A stretch of DNA of 55,745 nt from an uncultured Bacteroidota bacterium (GCA_937862805.1 CALMDO010000235.1:1-55745); one strand, 5' to 3'; positions 39,875 to 50,610 are shown, numbered from the stretch's first letter. Notes: generated from the sequence alone by a model not told the origin. Numbers and translations are program-made.

Positions 39875-40732
39875 TTACCAGCTTCCTCCGGCACCGCCAC
39901 CTCCGAAACTACCGCCGCCAAAGCCGCCAAAACCACCACCTCCTCCGCCTCCGAAACCACCGGAACCGGAAGAGAAATTGTTCCAACTACCGCGGCTCCC
40001 GCCGCCCATGGAGCCAAGCATCCAGAGTGCTGCCCAAAAGGGAAGATTTTTTCCGACCGAATGGGCACCCGAACGGCTTCCACGTATTATTACAAAAACG
40101 ATCACCAGGATAACCATGGCAATAATGATCCCTGCCGGGCCGGAATTCTTTTTGGTCCGCTGCTTATACTGTTCAGCGGTGAATTCCCCTTTGAGAAGAG
40201 AGATCATGGTTGAAGTGGCAGCATTGATTCCCTGGTAGTAATTCCCTTCGCGGAACCGGGGGATCATTTCGTTCTCAACGATGCGTTTGGCCAATGCGTC
40301 CGGAATGGCGCCCTCCACTCCGTAGCCGGTCTGAATGGCAACCTGGCCGCTTTCACCCTGGTACTTGGGTTTTACCAGGATCACAGCGCCATTGTTTTTG
40401 CCTTTTTGCCCAACCCCCCAACTCTGCCCGATACGGTAAGCAAACTCATTCTTATCATAACCATTCAGCGATTTAACCGTGACCACAACCAGTTGGGTGG
40501 AAGTAGAATCATTGAATGCGACCAGTTTTGATTCCAGTTGTTGTACCTCACTGTCCGACAGAACTCCGGCCAGATCGTTGACCAACCTGGGAGGAACAGG
40601 GCGGGAGGGTATATCCTGTGCATGGATGGTGAATGCCGGGAGCAGCAGAAGGAGAAAAAGGGTAAAAGTTTTAAGCAAGGAACCCTTTGTATTAACCAAA
40701 TGAGATATCATCTGAAAGTTCGTTGTTGTCAT
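39875..40732 (-). CDS. TPM domain (YgcG-like) membrane protein with Gly-rich tail
   Basis: LVNDLAGVLS, WGVGQKGKNNG, GYGVEG, GGGSFGGGGAGGSW motifs. Start uncertain (40732 or 40711). Confidence 0.88.
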   Translation of the reverse strand: MTTTNFQMISHLVNTKGSLLKTFTLFLLLLLPAFTIHAQDIPSRPVPPRLVNDLAGVLSDSEVQQLESKLVAFNDSTSTQLVVVTVKSLNGYDKNEFAYRIGQSWGVGQKGKNNGAVILVKPKYQGESGQVAIQTGYGVEGAIPDALAKRIVENEMIPRFREGNYYQGINAATSTMISLLKGEFTAEQYKQRTKKNSGPAGIIIAMVILVIVFVIIRGSRSGAHSVGKNLPFWAALWMLGSMGGGSRGSWNNFSSGSGGFGGGGGGGFGGFGGGSFGGGGAGGSW

Positions 40733-41132
40733 CTTTCTGGCGTGGAAAATGTTTTTTCAGGTGTTTACCAGTACTTTCAATGGCATGAATCAGCCCTTCC
40801 ACGAAATGATCTTCACGGAATTTAGACAGCATATCGGTTTTGATCCCATCCCAAAAATTTTCCGGTACCACGGCATGGATCCCTTGATCTCCAAGGATGG
40901 CGAAGCGCCGGTTTTTCACGGCAAGATAGATCAAAACACCATTGCGTTGTGCGGTCTTATTCATCCCCAGTTTTTTGAAGATGTACGCGGCCCGATCCAT
41001 CACATCGCCGGAACAGGTATTTTCAATGTGGACACGAATCTCACCCGAAGTATCAAGTTCAGCGCTCATTACGGCCTGCCGTATCTCTTCCTCCTCCTGT
41101 GGTGAGAAAAAATCCCTGGCTGATTTTCTCAT
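40692..41132 (-). CDS. TPM domain protein (short)
   Basis: AELDTSGEIRVHIE, RNGVLIY, NELSDDIS motifs. Start ATG 41132 chosen to avoid overlap with lemA. Confidence 0.85.
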   Translation of the reverse strand: MRKSARDFFSPQEEEEIRQAVMSAELDTSGEIRVHIENTCSGDVMDRAAYIFKKLGMNKTAQRNGVLIYLAVKNRRFAILGDQGIHAVVPENFWDGIKTDMLSKFREDHFVEGLIHAIESTGKHLKKHFPRQKDDNNELSDDISFG

Positions 41133-41148
41133 CAGATTTTCGATTAAA

Positions 41149-41745
41149 TCAAAACTGCACCTGAGGGGCTTTTTCAGCTCCTTTATCTGCCGTAAAGTAA
41201 GCCTTTTTCTGGAACCCGAACATCCCGGAAAGAATGTTGGCAGGGAAACTTCTAAGATAAGTATTGTAAGCCTGCGCCGTTTCATTGAACTTCATTCGTT
41301 CCACTGAAATACGGTTCTCCGTACCTTCAAGCTGCGCCTGCAATTCAGAGAAATTTTGCGTGGCTTTCAATTGCGGATATTGCTCCATCACCACCATCAA
41401 CCTCCCCAAAGCTGAACTGACTCCATTTTGCGCATCCTGGAATTTTTGAAGAGATCCCTCATCCAGATTCTTAGGGTTGATCTGTACACTGGTTGCTTTG
41501 GCACGTGCCTCAATAACGGCTGTCAGGGTACTTTGTTCGAAATTGGCTACCCCCTTTACGGTATTGACCAGGTTGGGAATCAGATCCAACCTCCTTTGAT
41601 ATACATTTTCAACATTAGCCCAGGCTTTTCCAACGCCTTCTTCCTGGCTGACCAGTTTATTGTAGATTCCTGTTCCCCATGAAAAAAGAAGAAAAAGTAT
41701 TACAACGACAACGATCAGGATGATCCATCCTTTACTTATTTTCAT
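41149..41745 (-). CDS. lemA: LemA family protein
   Basis: YQRRLDLIPNLV, YPQLKA, LEGTENRI motifs. Confidence 0.93.
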   Translation of the reverse strand: MKISKGWIILIVVVVILFLLFSWGTGIYNKLVSQEEGVGKAWANVENVYQRRLDLIPNLVNTVKGVANFEQSTLTAVIEARAKATSVQINPKNLDEGSLQKFQDAQNGVSSALGRLMVVMEQYPQLKATQNFSELQAQLEGTENRISVERMKFNETAQAYNTYLRSFPANILSGMFGFQKKAYFTADKGAEKAPQVQF

Positions 41746-41828
41746 ACTGTTTGGTTTTAAATGAACAAAGGCTAAATTACGATATTTATTAGATGATCTA
41801 AAAGGATAAAAGTTACGTCACAGCAAAA

Positions 41829-43736
41829 TTATTCAACTTTTGCCAGACTGTTCGTTATAAAATCAGCAAGATCCTTGCCTTTCAGCATATTCTGAGAAAG
41901 GAGTGCCAGATCAAACAACTGCTTGATAATTCCGGCCTGTTTGGCGCCATCGGGTTCAATGAGCAGCCGGCCGATCAACGGGTTGTTGGAATTGACCACC
42001 AGGTTGTAATTCTCAGGCATCTCGCCCATGAATCCGTATCCTCCGCCTCCTAAAGCCGACATGTCTTTCATCCTTCTCATGAATTCATTCTGGGTGATGA
42101 GGAAAGGAGATTCTTTTTCCGAAAGACTTTCGAAAACCAAGGTAAATTTTTTATTGTCAATCTGTTTTTCAATCATTTCGCGAATCGATTTCTGCTGGTC
42201 CTCATTTAGTTTCGATGGCAGAACATCCTCTTTTTTAATAAGTTTGTCTAAAGTATCGGCATCCACCCTCGTAAAACGGGTCTTCTCCAGTTTTTGTTCC
42301 AGGGTGTTGATAAAATGTGCATCCAGGATACCATCCATCAGCAGTACGTCGTATCCCCGATCCTTCACCGGCTGGATAAAACTATATTGTTCCTGCGGAT
42401 TGGTGGCGTACAAGTAAATCAACTGACCCTCTTTGTCTTTCTGAACCGGCTTAACCAACTCTTCGTAAGCCTCCAGGGTAAAATATTTTCCGTCTACATT
42501 TTTCAGAAGACAAAACTTTTTAGCCCTGTCATAAAATTCCGGTTGGGAAATGATCCCGTATTCGATGAAGACCTTGATGTCATCCCATTTCGTTTCAAAT
42601 TCAGGTCTTGAATCCTTGAATAGGGCTTCCAGTTTGTCGGCCACTTTTTTTGTGATATGATTGGATATTTTCTTAACGTTGGGGTCGCTCTGCAGATAGC
42701 TGCGTGAAACATTCAACGGAATATCGGGGGAATCGATAACCCCATGCAAAAGTGTCAGAAAGTCGGGAACGATCCCCTCCACCGAATCTGTCACAAAAAC
42801 CTGGTTGCAGTAAAGCTGGATCTTGTCTTTCTGAACTTCCAGGTTTTTCTTCACTTTCGGGAAATAGAGGATCCCTGTGAGGTTGAAAGGATAATCCACG
42901 TTCAGATGGATCCAGAAAAGGGGATCCTCGAATGTAAAAGGATAAAGTTCATGATAGAATTTTTTATAATCTTCATCTTTAAGATCAACAGGTCTCTTCT
43001 TCCATAACGGCTCTGTATTATTGATAATCCGGGGCTTTTCAACTTCCACTTCTTTGTCGTTCCCGTCTTTATCTTTTTCTCCTTCAACTTTTTCCCAGAC
43101 TTTTTCGTTGCCAAAACGGATCGGAACAGGAAGGAATTTGCAGTACTTCTTGAGGATTTCAAGCAATTTATATTCCTCCAGGTAATCTTTTGAATCTTCG
43201 GCAATATGCAGGATCACCTCGGTTCCGCGTTCTGTCTTATCAGTTTCGTCCATCGTGTAATCCGGGCTGCCATCGCATTCCCATTTCACCGCTTTGGTAT
43301 CTCCTTTGGTCTGGTAAGTTTTCGAAAGGATCTCGACCTTTTTTGAAACCATAAAACTGGAATAGAACCCCAGGCCGAAGTGGCCGATGATGGCATTCAT
43401 CTCCGATTCGGTTTTGGTCTTGAATTTCTTGATGAATTCTTCAGCGCTGGAAAAAGCAATCTGGTTGATGTACTTATCAACTTCCGCTGCATTCATTCCA
43501 ATCCCTTTGTCCTTGACGGAAATGGTTTTTTTCTTTTTGTTGAGGGTCACTTCAATGGTAAGATCGGAGATGTCTCCGTCGTATTTTCCCAGTGCTGCCA
43601 GTGTTTTTAATTTTTGAGTTGCATCTACTGCATTGGAAATCAATTCTCTGAGGAAAATTTCATGTTCAGAATAAAGGAATTTCTTAATGATGGGGAAAAT
43701 GTTTTCAGTCTGGACGTTGATTTTACCTTGCTGCAT
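41829..43736 (-). CDS. htpG: Chaperone HtpG (Hsp90)
   Basis: FLRELISNAVDA, DKGIGM, IGHFGLGFYS, DIPLNVSRS motifs. Confidence 0.96.
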   Translation of the reverse strand: MQQGKINVQTENIFPIIKKFLYSEHEIFLRELISNAVDATQKLKTLAALGKYDGDISDLTIEVTLNKKKKTISVKDKGIGMNAAEVDKYINQIAFSSAEEFIKKFKTKTESEMNAIIGHFGLGFYSSFMVSKKVEILSKTYQTKGDTKAVKWECDGSPDYTMDETDKTERGTEVILHIAEDSKDYLEEYKLLEILKKYCKFLPVPIRFGNEKVWEKVEGEKDKDGNDKEVEVEKPRIINNTEPLWKKRPVDLKDEDYKKFYHELYPFTFEDPLFWIHLNVDYPFNLTGILYFPKVKKNLEVQKDKIQLYCNQVFVTDSVEGIVPDFLTLLHGVIDSPDIPLNVSRSYLQSDPNVKKISNHITKKVADKLEALFKDSRPEFETKWDDIKVFIEYGIISQPEFYDRAKKFCLLKNVDGKYFTLEAYEELVKPVQKDKEGQLIYLYATNPQEQYSFIQPVKDRGYDVLLMDGILDAHFINTLEQKLEKTRFTRVDADTLDKLIKKEDVLPSKLNEDQQKSIREMIEKQIDNKKFTLVFESLSEKESPFLITQNEFMRRMKDMSALGGGGYGFMGEMPENYNLVVNSNNPLIGRLLIEPDGAKQAGIIKQLFDLALLSQNMLKGKDLADFITNSLAKVE

Positions 43737-43768
43737 AGTCGTGAAGTTTTTATTGGTTGCCTTCTGCC

Positions 43769-43809
43769 ATCAAAGAGAGTGCCAATAAAACCCTCCTGAC
43801 AAAATGACA
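43769..43809 (-). promoter_or_regulatory. Putative sigma54-type promoter with upstream TGTCA direct repeat for htpG
   Basis: Minus strand TGTCA-ttt-TGTCA ... TGGCAC-N5-TTGAT, similar to the -24/-12 consensus TGGCAC-N5-TTGC. Confidence 0.5.
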
Positions 43810-43906
43810 AGCGGAGGTTTTTTTTCAGAAATCTCTCAAACGGGCAAAGAAAATTTTTAAATTTACATGGTATTTCGTCGGTGCAACTAACTTTAAATTC
43901 TATTAT

Positions 43907-44926
43907 ATGGAATCGATTGATTGGAAAAACCTGCCATTTGGTTATTTTAAGACGGACTACAATGTTCGTTGTTACTACAAAGATGGAAAATGGGGAGGTA
44001 TAGAGGTTACCGACTCTGAGTTTGTCACGATGCACATGGCGGCTACCTGTCTCCATTACGGGCAGGAGGCTTTTGAAGGGCTGAAGGCTTTCACCGGGAT
44101 TGACGGGAAGATCCGGATTTTCAGGTTGGGGGAGAATGCGCTGCGGATGCAACGATCGGCCAAAGATATTTTGATGGCTGAAGTTCCGGTTTCGCTGTTT
44201 GAGGAGATGGTAATTAAAGCCGTTAAGCTCAATATCAAGTATGTACCTCCGTATGGTGAAGGCGCTTCGCTTTACATCCGTCCTTTACTTATTGGTACGG
44301 GGGCAGAGGTGGGAGTAAAACCCGGGAAAGAGTATCTTTTCATGGTCTTTGTCGGCCCGGTTGGCCCCTATTTCAAAGAGGGATTCAACCCGGTCAAAAT
44401 GCAGATAGTTAGGGATTCAGACCGTGCTGCGCCCCATGGTACCGGCCACATTAAGGTGGGTGGTAACTATGCAGCCAGCCTCCGGGCAGGCGACCGTGCT
44501 CATCATGAAGGCTATGCCTCCGCCATCTTCCTGGATGCCTGTGAGAAGAAATACATTGACGAAGCAGGTCCTGCCAACTTTTTCGGGATAAAGAACAATA
44601 CCTATGTCACCCCCGATTCCCACTCGATCCTGCCCTCTATAACCAACATGTCGCTTTGCGTCCTGGCCCGCGAAATGGGATTAACAGTTGAACGCAGACC
44701 TTTCCCGGTTACCGAACTGGAAGAGATGGAAGAGGTGGGTGCCTGCGGTACCGCAGCCGTCATTTCACCCATCAAAGAGATCCATGACCGGGAGACCGGC
44801 AAGGTTTACCATTTCTGCAAAGATGGAAAAGCCGGACCTGTTTCTACCCGTCTTTACGAACAATTACGGGCAATCCAGGAAGGGAAAGCGCCCGACACCC
44901 ATGGCTGGATTACCGTGGTGGAATAA
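43907..44926 (+). CDS. ilvE: Branched-chain amino acid aminotransferase
   Basis: LHYGQEAFEGLKA, LYIRP, KVGGNYA, ILPSIT, GTAAVISP motifs. Confidence 0.95.
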   Translation: MESIDWKNLPFGYFKTDYNVRCYYKDGKWGGIEVTDSEFVTMHMAATCLHYGQEAFEGLKAFTGIDGKIRIFRLGENALRMQRSAKDILMAEVPVSLFEEMVIKAVKLNIKYVPPYGEGASLYIRPLLIGTGAEVGVKPGKEYLFMVFVGPVGPYFKEGFNPVKMQIVRDSDRAAPHGTGHIKVGGNYAASLRAGDRAHHEGYASAIFLDACEKKYIDEAGPANFFGIKNNTYVTPDSHSILPSITNMSLCVLAREMGLTVERRPFPVTELEEMEEVGACGTAAVISPIKEIHDRETGKVYHFCKDGKAGPVSTRLYEQLRAIQEGKAPDTHGWITVVE

Positions 44927-44946
44927 CCGCCTCCAAATCCTGTGTT

Positions 44947-45804
44947 TTAGTGAAAAGCCCTGCCAGTCGCGGGGCTTTTTATTAGTATTTGTTCCATCTC
45001 CGCCTGCAGAATCGTAGCTGCAGCGCGGGCTTTCATGGCGAAGTCGGTACCGGAAGAGGCAAAAAGAATATCGCGGGAGGAATTAACGATCAGTCCGCAA
45101 TCTTGATTCAAACCGTTTTCGGCAACTGCTGCCAGGCTTCCACCCTGTGCTCCGACCCCCGGAACCAGCAGGAAGTGATCGGGTACAAGATTCCTGACTT
45201 CACCCAACATTTTCGCTTGCGTGGCGCCAATCACGTACATCATGTTGCCGGTATCTCCCCAGGTGGTTGACTTGGTCAAAACTTCCTTGAACAAGGGATG
45301 ATCCCGAGGTCCGAAAAACTGAAAATCCTCTGCTCCCTTGTTGGAGGTCAGAGCCAGGAGAATGACCCATTTACCGGAATAGGCTAAAAACGGTTTTACC
45401 GAATCTTCTCCCATGTAAGGAGCCACCGTAACAGCGTCAAACTCCAATCCTGATGAACGGGGATCAAAAACAGTACAGGCATATTGCCCGGAAGTATTGC
45501 CGATATCACCTCGTTTGGCATCTGCGATGGTGAAAAGCTGCCCGGGATAGGTGTCGCGAATGTAATTTATTGTTCTGGTAAGACTTTGCCATCCTGCCGT
45601 TCCACGGCTTTCATAAAAGGCGAAGTTGGGTTTGTAAGCGATGGCAAGGTCATGCGTGGCATCGATGATCGCGCGGTTAAACGTGAACACGGGATCTTCC
45701 TCCGTGAGCAGATGAGACGGGATTTTTGCAAGATCACTGTCCAGACCGATGCAGAGAAACGATCGTTTTCGGACAATTAATTGAATGAGGGCTTGTCGGT
45801 TCAT
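44947..45804 (-). CDS. pyrF: Orotidine-5'-phosphate decarboxylase
   Basis: [38 protein letters not shown] motifs. Confidence 0.95.
   Translation of the reverse strand: MNRQALIQLIVRKRSFLCIGLDSDLAKIPSHLLTEEDPVFTFNRAIIDATHDLAIAYKPNFAFYESRGTAGWQSLTRTINYIRDTYPGQLFTIADAKRGDIGNTSGQYACTVFDPRSSGLEFDAVTVAPYMGEDSVKPFLAYSGKWVILLALTSNKGAEDFQFFGPRDHPLFKEVLTKSTTWGDTGNMMYVIGATQAKMLGEVRNLVPDHFLLVPGVGAQGGSLAAVAENGLNQDCGLIVNSSRDILFASSGTDFAMKARAAATILQAEMEQILIKSPATGRAFH
44953..44980 (+). terminator. Terminator after ilvE (may be bidirectional), overlapping the pyrF 3' end
   Basis: AAAAGCCC-TGC...GCG-GGGCTTTT hairpin with a T-run. Confidence 0.65.
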
Positions 45805-45815
45805 CAGGAATGGAG

Positions 45816-46883
45816 TCAGATGGCTTCTTTCAGCCTTTCGGCGTTTTCCGCCAGCTGCAGCGCATCGATCAGCGGTTGGACATCGCCGTCAAGCACTACC
45901 GGAAGGTTATACAGGGTCAGGTTGATGCGGTGATCCGTCACACGGCTCTGCGGGTAATTATAAGTACGAATCTTTGCTGACCGGTCGCCTGTGGAGACCA
46001 TCGTCTTTCTTTTTCTTGAGATTTCATCTAAATATTTCTGGTGCTCCAGTTCGTAAAGGCGGGTGCGCAATACTTTCATCGCTTTTTCATAATTCTTGAT
46101 CTGCGATTTCTCATCCTGGCACGAAACCACGATGCCTGACGGGATGTGGGTCAGCCGGATAGCGGAATACGTCGTATTGACCGATTGCCCTCCAGGACCG
46201 GATGAACAGAAGGTATCTTTCCTTATGTCGGCAGGTTTGATTTCTACATCGAACTCGTCAGCTTCCGGAAGGATGGCTACCGTGGCAGCAGAGGTATGAA
46301 CCCGGCCCTGGGTTTCAGTCTGAGGAACCCTTTGGACCCGGTGAACCCCCGATTCGTACTTTAACTGACCGTAAACATTTTCACCGGAGACATTGAAAAT
46401 GATCTCTTTAAACCCGCCCATGGTGCCTTCTGTAAAATCGATCAACTCCACTTTCCAGCGTTTGACCTCACAAAATTTATTATACATCCTGAAAAGGTCT
46501 CCAGCAAAAATACTGGCTTCGTCACCACCGGTACCGGCACGGATCTCCACCACGGCATTTTTGCTGTCCTCCGGGTCCACCGGAATCAGCATTAGTCTGA
46601 TCTCCTCCTCCAATTGCTCCTTCTCTTCTGTCAGGGTGCTCAGCTCCTCCTTGGCCATGCTCCTGAACTCGTCATCCTTTTCATTGTGAATGATATCTTT
46701 TGCCCCGTCGATGCCTGAAAGGATGTTTTTATACCTGCCAAAAGCTTCCACGATCGGAACCAACTCCTTGTAATCCTTGTTTAATTTAATGTAACGCTTC
46801 ATATCGGCCATGACCGAAGGATCGTTCATCTCGACTTGCAGATCCTCATATTTCTGCCTGATGGCTTCCAATTTGTCTAACAT
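45816..46883 (-). CDS. prfA: Peptide chain release factor 1
   Basis: [13 protein letters not shown] (PxT), GGQ, RTYNYPQ motifs. Start ATG 46883 lies downstream of the TACTTTTG box at 46905-46912. Confidence 0.96.
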   Translation of the reverse strand: MLDKLEAIRQKYEDLQVEMNDPSVMADMKRYIKLNKDYKELVPIVEAFGRYKNILSGIDGAKDIIHNEKDDEFRSMAKEELSTLTEEKEQLEEEIRLMLIPVDPEDSKNAVVEIRAGTGGDEASIFAGDLFRMYNKFCEVKRWKVELIDFTEGTMGGFKEIIFNVSGENVYGQLKYESGVHRVQRVPQTETQGRVHTSAATVAILPEADEFDVEIKPADIRKDTFCSSGPGGQSVNTTYSAIRLTHIPSGIVVSCQDEKSQIKNYEKAMKVLRTRLYELEHQKYLDEISRKRKTMVSTGDRSAKIRTYNYPQSRVTDHRINLTLYNLPVVLDGDVQPLIDALQLAENAERLKEAI

Positions 46884-46972
46884 GGTGAACAAGAATAAAA
46901 CGTGCAAAAGTAAGAAAAAAAGCGGAAGTGGGCGGGGTGCCCGGGGAGCTGGACAAGCAGTTTGTTCAGCGG

Positions 46973-48145
46973 TTATTGGTAAACGAAGGTACCCGTTTCA
47001 CCTGTGATGGTCACTTTTTTTCCTGAAAAGGCTTCGCAGTAACCGATAATACGCGCTTCAATGCTCGACTCCTGTGCCAGTTGAAGGAGGGAAGGGGCAT
47101 CTTTTTCGGAAAGATAGACCTCCATGCGGTGACCCATGTTGAAAACACGGTACATCTCCTGCCAGGAGGTGCCTGAAGCATCGTGGATCATTTGGAACAA
47201 AGGTGGAATGGGGAAGAGGTTGTTTTTAACAACATGCAGATTATCAATAAAATGGAGGATTTTTGTCTGAGCTCCGCCAGTACAATGTACCATTCCGTGA
47301 ATGGCATCTCTTTGTTCAGAGAGCAAACGGCGGATCAACGGTGCATAAGTCCTTGTAGGGGAGAGCATCAATTGACCGACATCAAGTCCATGGACACCCG
47401 AAGGTTGTGTAAGCAGATACCGGCCTGAATAGACCAGATGACCCGGGAGCTGCGGGTCAAAGCTTTCGGGGTAGAGTGTTGCATAACTCTTTTTCAGCAG
47501 ATCGTGCCGGGCAGAGGTGAGTCCGTTGCTGCCAATACCGCTGTTATACATTGATTCATAAGTACTTTGACCGAAGGAGGCCAGTCCCACGATGACATCA
47601 CCCGGTATGATCCGGCCGTTGTCGATCACTTCATTGCGCCGCATCCGGCAAACCACCGTGGAATCCACCACGACACTCCTTACCAGGTCACCAACATCGG
47701 CAGTTTCTCCTCCGGAAGACCAGATTCCGATTCCCTGACTTCTCAAAAAAGAGAGGAAATTCTCTGTTCCACTGATGATCTCGGCGATCACTTCTCCCGT
47801 GACCAGGTTTTTATTTCTCCCAATGGTGGAAGAGAGGACCATATCGCCGGTGGCGCCAGCGCACAGCAGGTCATCGAGGTTCATGACGATGGCATCCTGG
47901 GCGATACCTCTCCAGACCGACAGGTCGCCTGTTTCTCTCCAATACAAGTAAGCCAGTGACGATTTCGTACCAGCGCCATCGGCATGCATGATGTCACACC
48001 ACGCAGGATCATTTCCAAGATAATCAGGAGTGATCTTACAAAAAGCTCTTGGAAACAGTCCGCGCCCGGTTGTCCGGATGGCGGCATGAACCTCTTCCTT
48101 CGACGCCGAAACGCCTCTTTGTTCGTAACGTGAAGGGTTTTCCAT
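46973..48145 (-). CDS. purM: Phosphoribosylformylglycinamidine cyclo-ligase (AIR synthase), Bacteroidota type
   Basis: [37 protein letters not shown] motifs. Confidence 0.92.
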   Translation of the reverse strand: MENPSRYEQRGVSASKEEVHAAIRTTGRGLFPRAFCKITPDYLGNDPAWCDIMHADGAGTKSSLAYLYWRETGDLSVWRGIAQDAIVMNLDDLLCAGATGDMVLSSTIGRNKNLVTGEVIAEIISGTENFLSFLRSQGIGIWSSGGETADVGDLVRSVVVDSTVVCRMRRNEVIDNGRIIPGDVIVGLASFGQSTYESMYNSGIGSNGLTSARHDLLKKSYATLYPESFDPQLPGHLVYSGRYLLTQPSGVHGLDVGQLMLSPTRTYAPLIRRLLSEQRDAIHGMVHCTGGAQTKILHFIDNLHVVKNNLFPIPPLFQMIHDASGTSWQEMYRVFNMGHRMEVYLSEKDAPSLLQLAQESSIEARIIGYCEAFSGKKVTITGETGTFVYQ

Positions 48146-48150
48146 GGCTC

Positions 48151-50610
48151 TTAATCGAACAGGATCAGGCCGCTTTCGGCATCCACCGTGTAATTTCCGA
48201 ATAACTTCAGCGTGGTGGCGCCAAAGTGAAGTGATGCGGTTCTTTTGTTAACAGTGACTTTCAGATCGCTGATGGTATTTTTACCGATTCGCACCTCTTT
48301 CAGTGTCAGGACAGCCTTATCTGCAATTTCTCCTTCGCCGATGATCCGGGTGACGTCGCCCTCGAAATTGGACTTATCGATCACCCCGTCGCGCAACAGT
48401 TTCAGAACGACAATCGGTGAGATATAACACTCTTTTTCTTTGGGATCGTAAGTGAATTCGGTGGTAATCCCGTTGATATAACCGTTGCCCAGAAGGTAAC
48501 CTTCCCTGGTTTTAGTCACCGCAACATTGTTTTCCTCCGGTTTGATGACCACCTCAATTTTGGTGGCGGGGGCATTTTTGTCCACGGTTGTTTTAGGAAT
48601 ATAATCATTGCGCAGGATGCTGAATTCGGTACGCCTGTTCAGTTGATGAGCGGCTTCTTTCACATTATTGCCCGGTAACCCTGCGATCAGGGAGTCAGTG
48701 ATAACGGTACCTGCTTTAAAGGTGTAGCCTTCCCTGGTGATATCTTTGGTCAGTGTGCGCGGAACTCTTTCGCCGTAACCTTTGGCAATCAGTCTTTCAG
48801 GGTCAATTCCGCGGGAAATCAGGTAATCAACCACACTTTGTGCCCGCTTTTGAGAAAGGATATCGTTGCGTTCTTCGGTATCCCGTGTATCGGTGTGGGA
48901 GGCCAATTCCACAACAATAGTCTCGTTGGCATCGAGGGTTTCAATGAGACCCTGCAATGAATCCTGGTACTGGGGTTTGAGGTCCCATTTAGCCAGATCG
49001 TAGAGAATATCCGGCAACACCACGGGCTTTTTTGGAATCGGTCGGAGGATGAAATTCCTCACGAGGTCTTTGCTTTTCTCAAGGCCCACAGTGGTCTCCC
49101 TTCCTTTTTCATTGAAATAGTCCTTTTTGGTGACCATGATGTCGTAAGTGGTGTTGGCTGAGATCTGCATTTTATTGAAAGCATAATGGCCTTTGTCATC
49201 GGTATTGTCTTCCAACGATTTACCATTGGTCCCGACAATGCTCACTTTTGCGCCCGGCACCGGTTGCAGGGTCCGGTCGTCTGTCACGTTCCCTTCGAGG
49301 GTGAAATAGACGGGGGGTATGACAAAGGAGTAGATGTCGTCGCGTCCTTTCCCGCCCGGCCGGTTGGAGGAAAACAGACCTTGTTCGGCTTCATCGGGAT
49401 TAAAAACAATGGCAAAATCATCAGCGGAGGAGTTCAGGGGGTATTTCATGTTGACCGGGCGACTTAAGGTATCGTCCGACAGCACGACCATAAAGATATC
49501 CAGGCCGCCCATACCGGGCAATCCATTGGAAGAAAAGTAGAGAATGCTGTCATTCCTGATGAAAGGAAAGAGTTCATCGCCCTGGGTATTGATTTCCGGT
49601 CCCAGGTTGCGTTTGACATATTTTCCGCCTTTCTTGTCTTTATAGGCCATCCAGATATCTTTTCCGCCATGTCCTCCCGGCAAATCTGCTGAAAAATAGA
49701 TGGTTTCATCGGTGGTGACGGTAGGTTGTCCCACAACAGTGGTGGAGTCGCCTCCCAGATCGACCATATCAGGTTCTGACCAGGTTGTATTTCCGGTACG
49801 ACTGGCTTTAAAGATGGCACACCCGTTTTTCTTTTTCGGTTCATTCCAGCAACGGGTAAAGTAGAAGGAAGAAAAACGGGGATTGAACTGTCCGGCGCCA
49901 TCATTGGCTTTGGAGTTGATCATCCCTGAACCATCGGCCAATACTGGTTTGCTCCAATCGTTTTTCCGGTCGATACGGCTCAGGAAAAAATCTGAAAAAC
50001 CCAAGCCGGTCCAGTTATCTACATCTTTTCCTTTGGCTCCGCTGCGATCGGAGGTAAAAATCACGGAACCCAGTTTCCGGTCAGCATAGGAAGGAGCGAA
50101 ATCGTCTTCTTTGGAGTTCAGGATCTTTTCCCATTTCACCTCGTATTTCGAAGGATTGGCCATCCATTCTTTGGCGAGGGTACAAGTTTCGATGCCAACG
50201 TCAGCTTTGGGATCGTTCGGAACCTTCTCTTTGTAAGCTTCATATTGTTTTACAGCCTCATCGTAGTTGCCGTTGACCTTGAGCATATCGGCAAAAAGAA
50301 GGATCACCTTTGGATCATCTTTCGTGTATTTGGCATTGTTGGCCAGGCGTTTGTATGCGGCTTCAGCTTTTTTTGTGTTGTTCATCATCCGGTAACATTC
50401 GGCCATCCGGAAGGAAATCCGATCCCTTTCGCCCCTGTTTTTTTTGACCTTTGAGTAGGCTTTCTGGTATTTCTGCAACGCCAGCAGGTACATCTGATCT
50501 GAAAAAGCTTCATCGGCTGCCTTGGAGAATTTATTCTGTGCAGTGACAAGGCCCGGAGCCAGCAGAAAGATCAGGAGTAAAGGAAGGATGGCAGGAAAAC
50601 GCATGATCAT
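48151..50610 (-). CDS. PorE-like TPR/PD40/carboxypeptidase-regulatory/OmpA protein with extra C-terminal retropepsin-like domain
   Basis: Signal peptide VTA|Q; TPR helices; YFSS..PG.GG.DI repeats; SHTDTR...LSQKRAQSV...NRRTEF OmpA domain; extra ~125 aa. Start ATG 50610 or 50604, downstream of TATCTTTG at 50637-50644. Confidence 0.85.
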   Translation of the reverse strand: MIMRFPAILPLLLIFLLAPGLVTAQNKFSKAADEAFSDQMYLLALQKYQKAYSKVKKNRGERDRISFRMAECYRMMNNTKKAEAAYKRLANNAKYTKDDPKVILLFADMLKVNGNYDEAVKQYEAYKEKVPNDPKADVGIETCTLAKEWMANPSKYEVKWEKILNSKEDDFAPSYADRKLGSVIFTSDRSGAKGKDVDNWTGLGFSDFFLSRIDRKNDWSKPVLADGSGMINSKANDGAGQFNPRFSSFYFTRCWNEPKKKNGCAIFKASRTGNTTWSEPDMVDLGGDSTTVVGQPTVTTDETIYFSADLPGGHGGKDIWMAYKDKKGGKYVKRNLGPEINTQGDELFPFIRNDSILYFSSNGLPGMGGLDIFMVVLSDDTLSRPVNMKYPLNSSADDFAIVFNPDEAEQGLFSSNRPGGKGRDDIYSFVIPPVYFTLEGNVTDDRTLQPVPGAKVSIVGTNGKSLEDNTDDKGHYAFNKMQISANTTYDIMVTKKDYFNEKGRETTVGLEKSKDLVRNFILRPIPKKPVVLPDILYDLAKWDLKPQYQDSLQGLIETLDANETIVVELASHTDTRDTEERNDILSQKRAQSVVDYLISRGIDPERLIAKGYGERVPRTLTKDITREGYTFKAGTVITDSLIAGLPGNNVKEAAHQLNRRTEFSILRNDYIPKTTVDKNAPATKIEVVIKPEENNVAVTKTREGYLLGNGYINGITTEFTYDPKEKECYISPIVVLKLLRDGVIDKSNFEGDVTRIIGEGEIADKAVLTLKEVRIGKNTISDLKVTVNKRTASLHFGATTLKLFGNYTVDAESGLILFD

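Noticed and set aside
39875-39975. Repetitive CCGCC/CCACC/CCGAAA tract
   Set aside because: Encodes the ordinary Gly-rich TPM tail; no repeat-spacer structure, so not CRISPR.
40692-41285. Track's 197-aa N-terminally extended TPM ORF
   Set aside because: The extension overlaps lemA; ATG 41132 gives the conventional protein.
46948-46970. Hairpin GCTGGACAA-N5-TTGTTCAGC between purM and prfA
   Set aside because: Single copy, imperfect and without a clear U-tract; insufficient to call a terminator or ncRNA.
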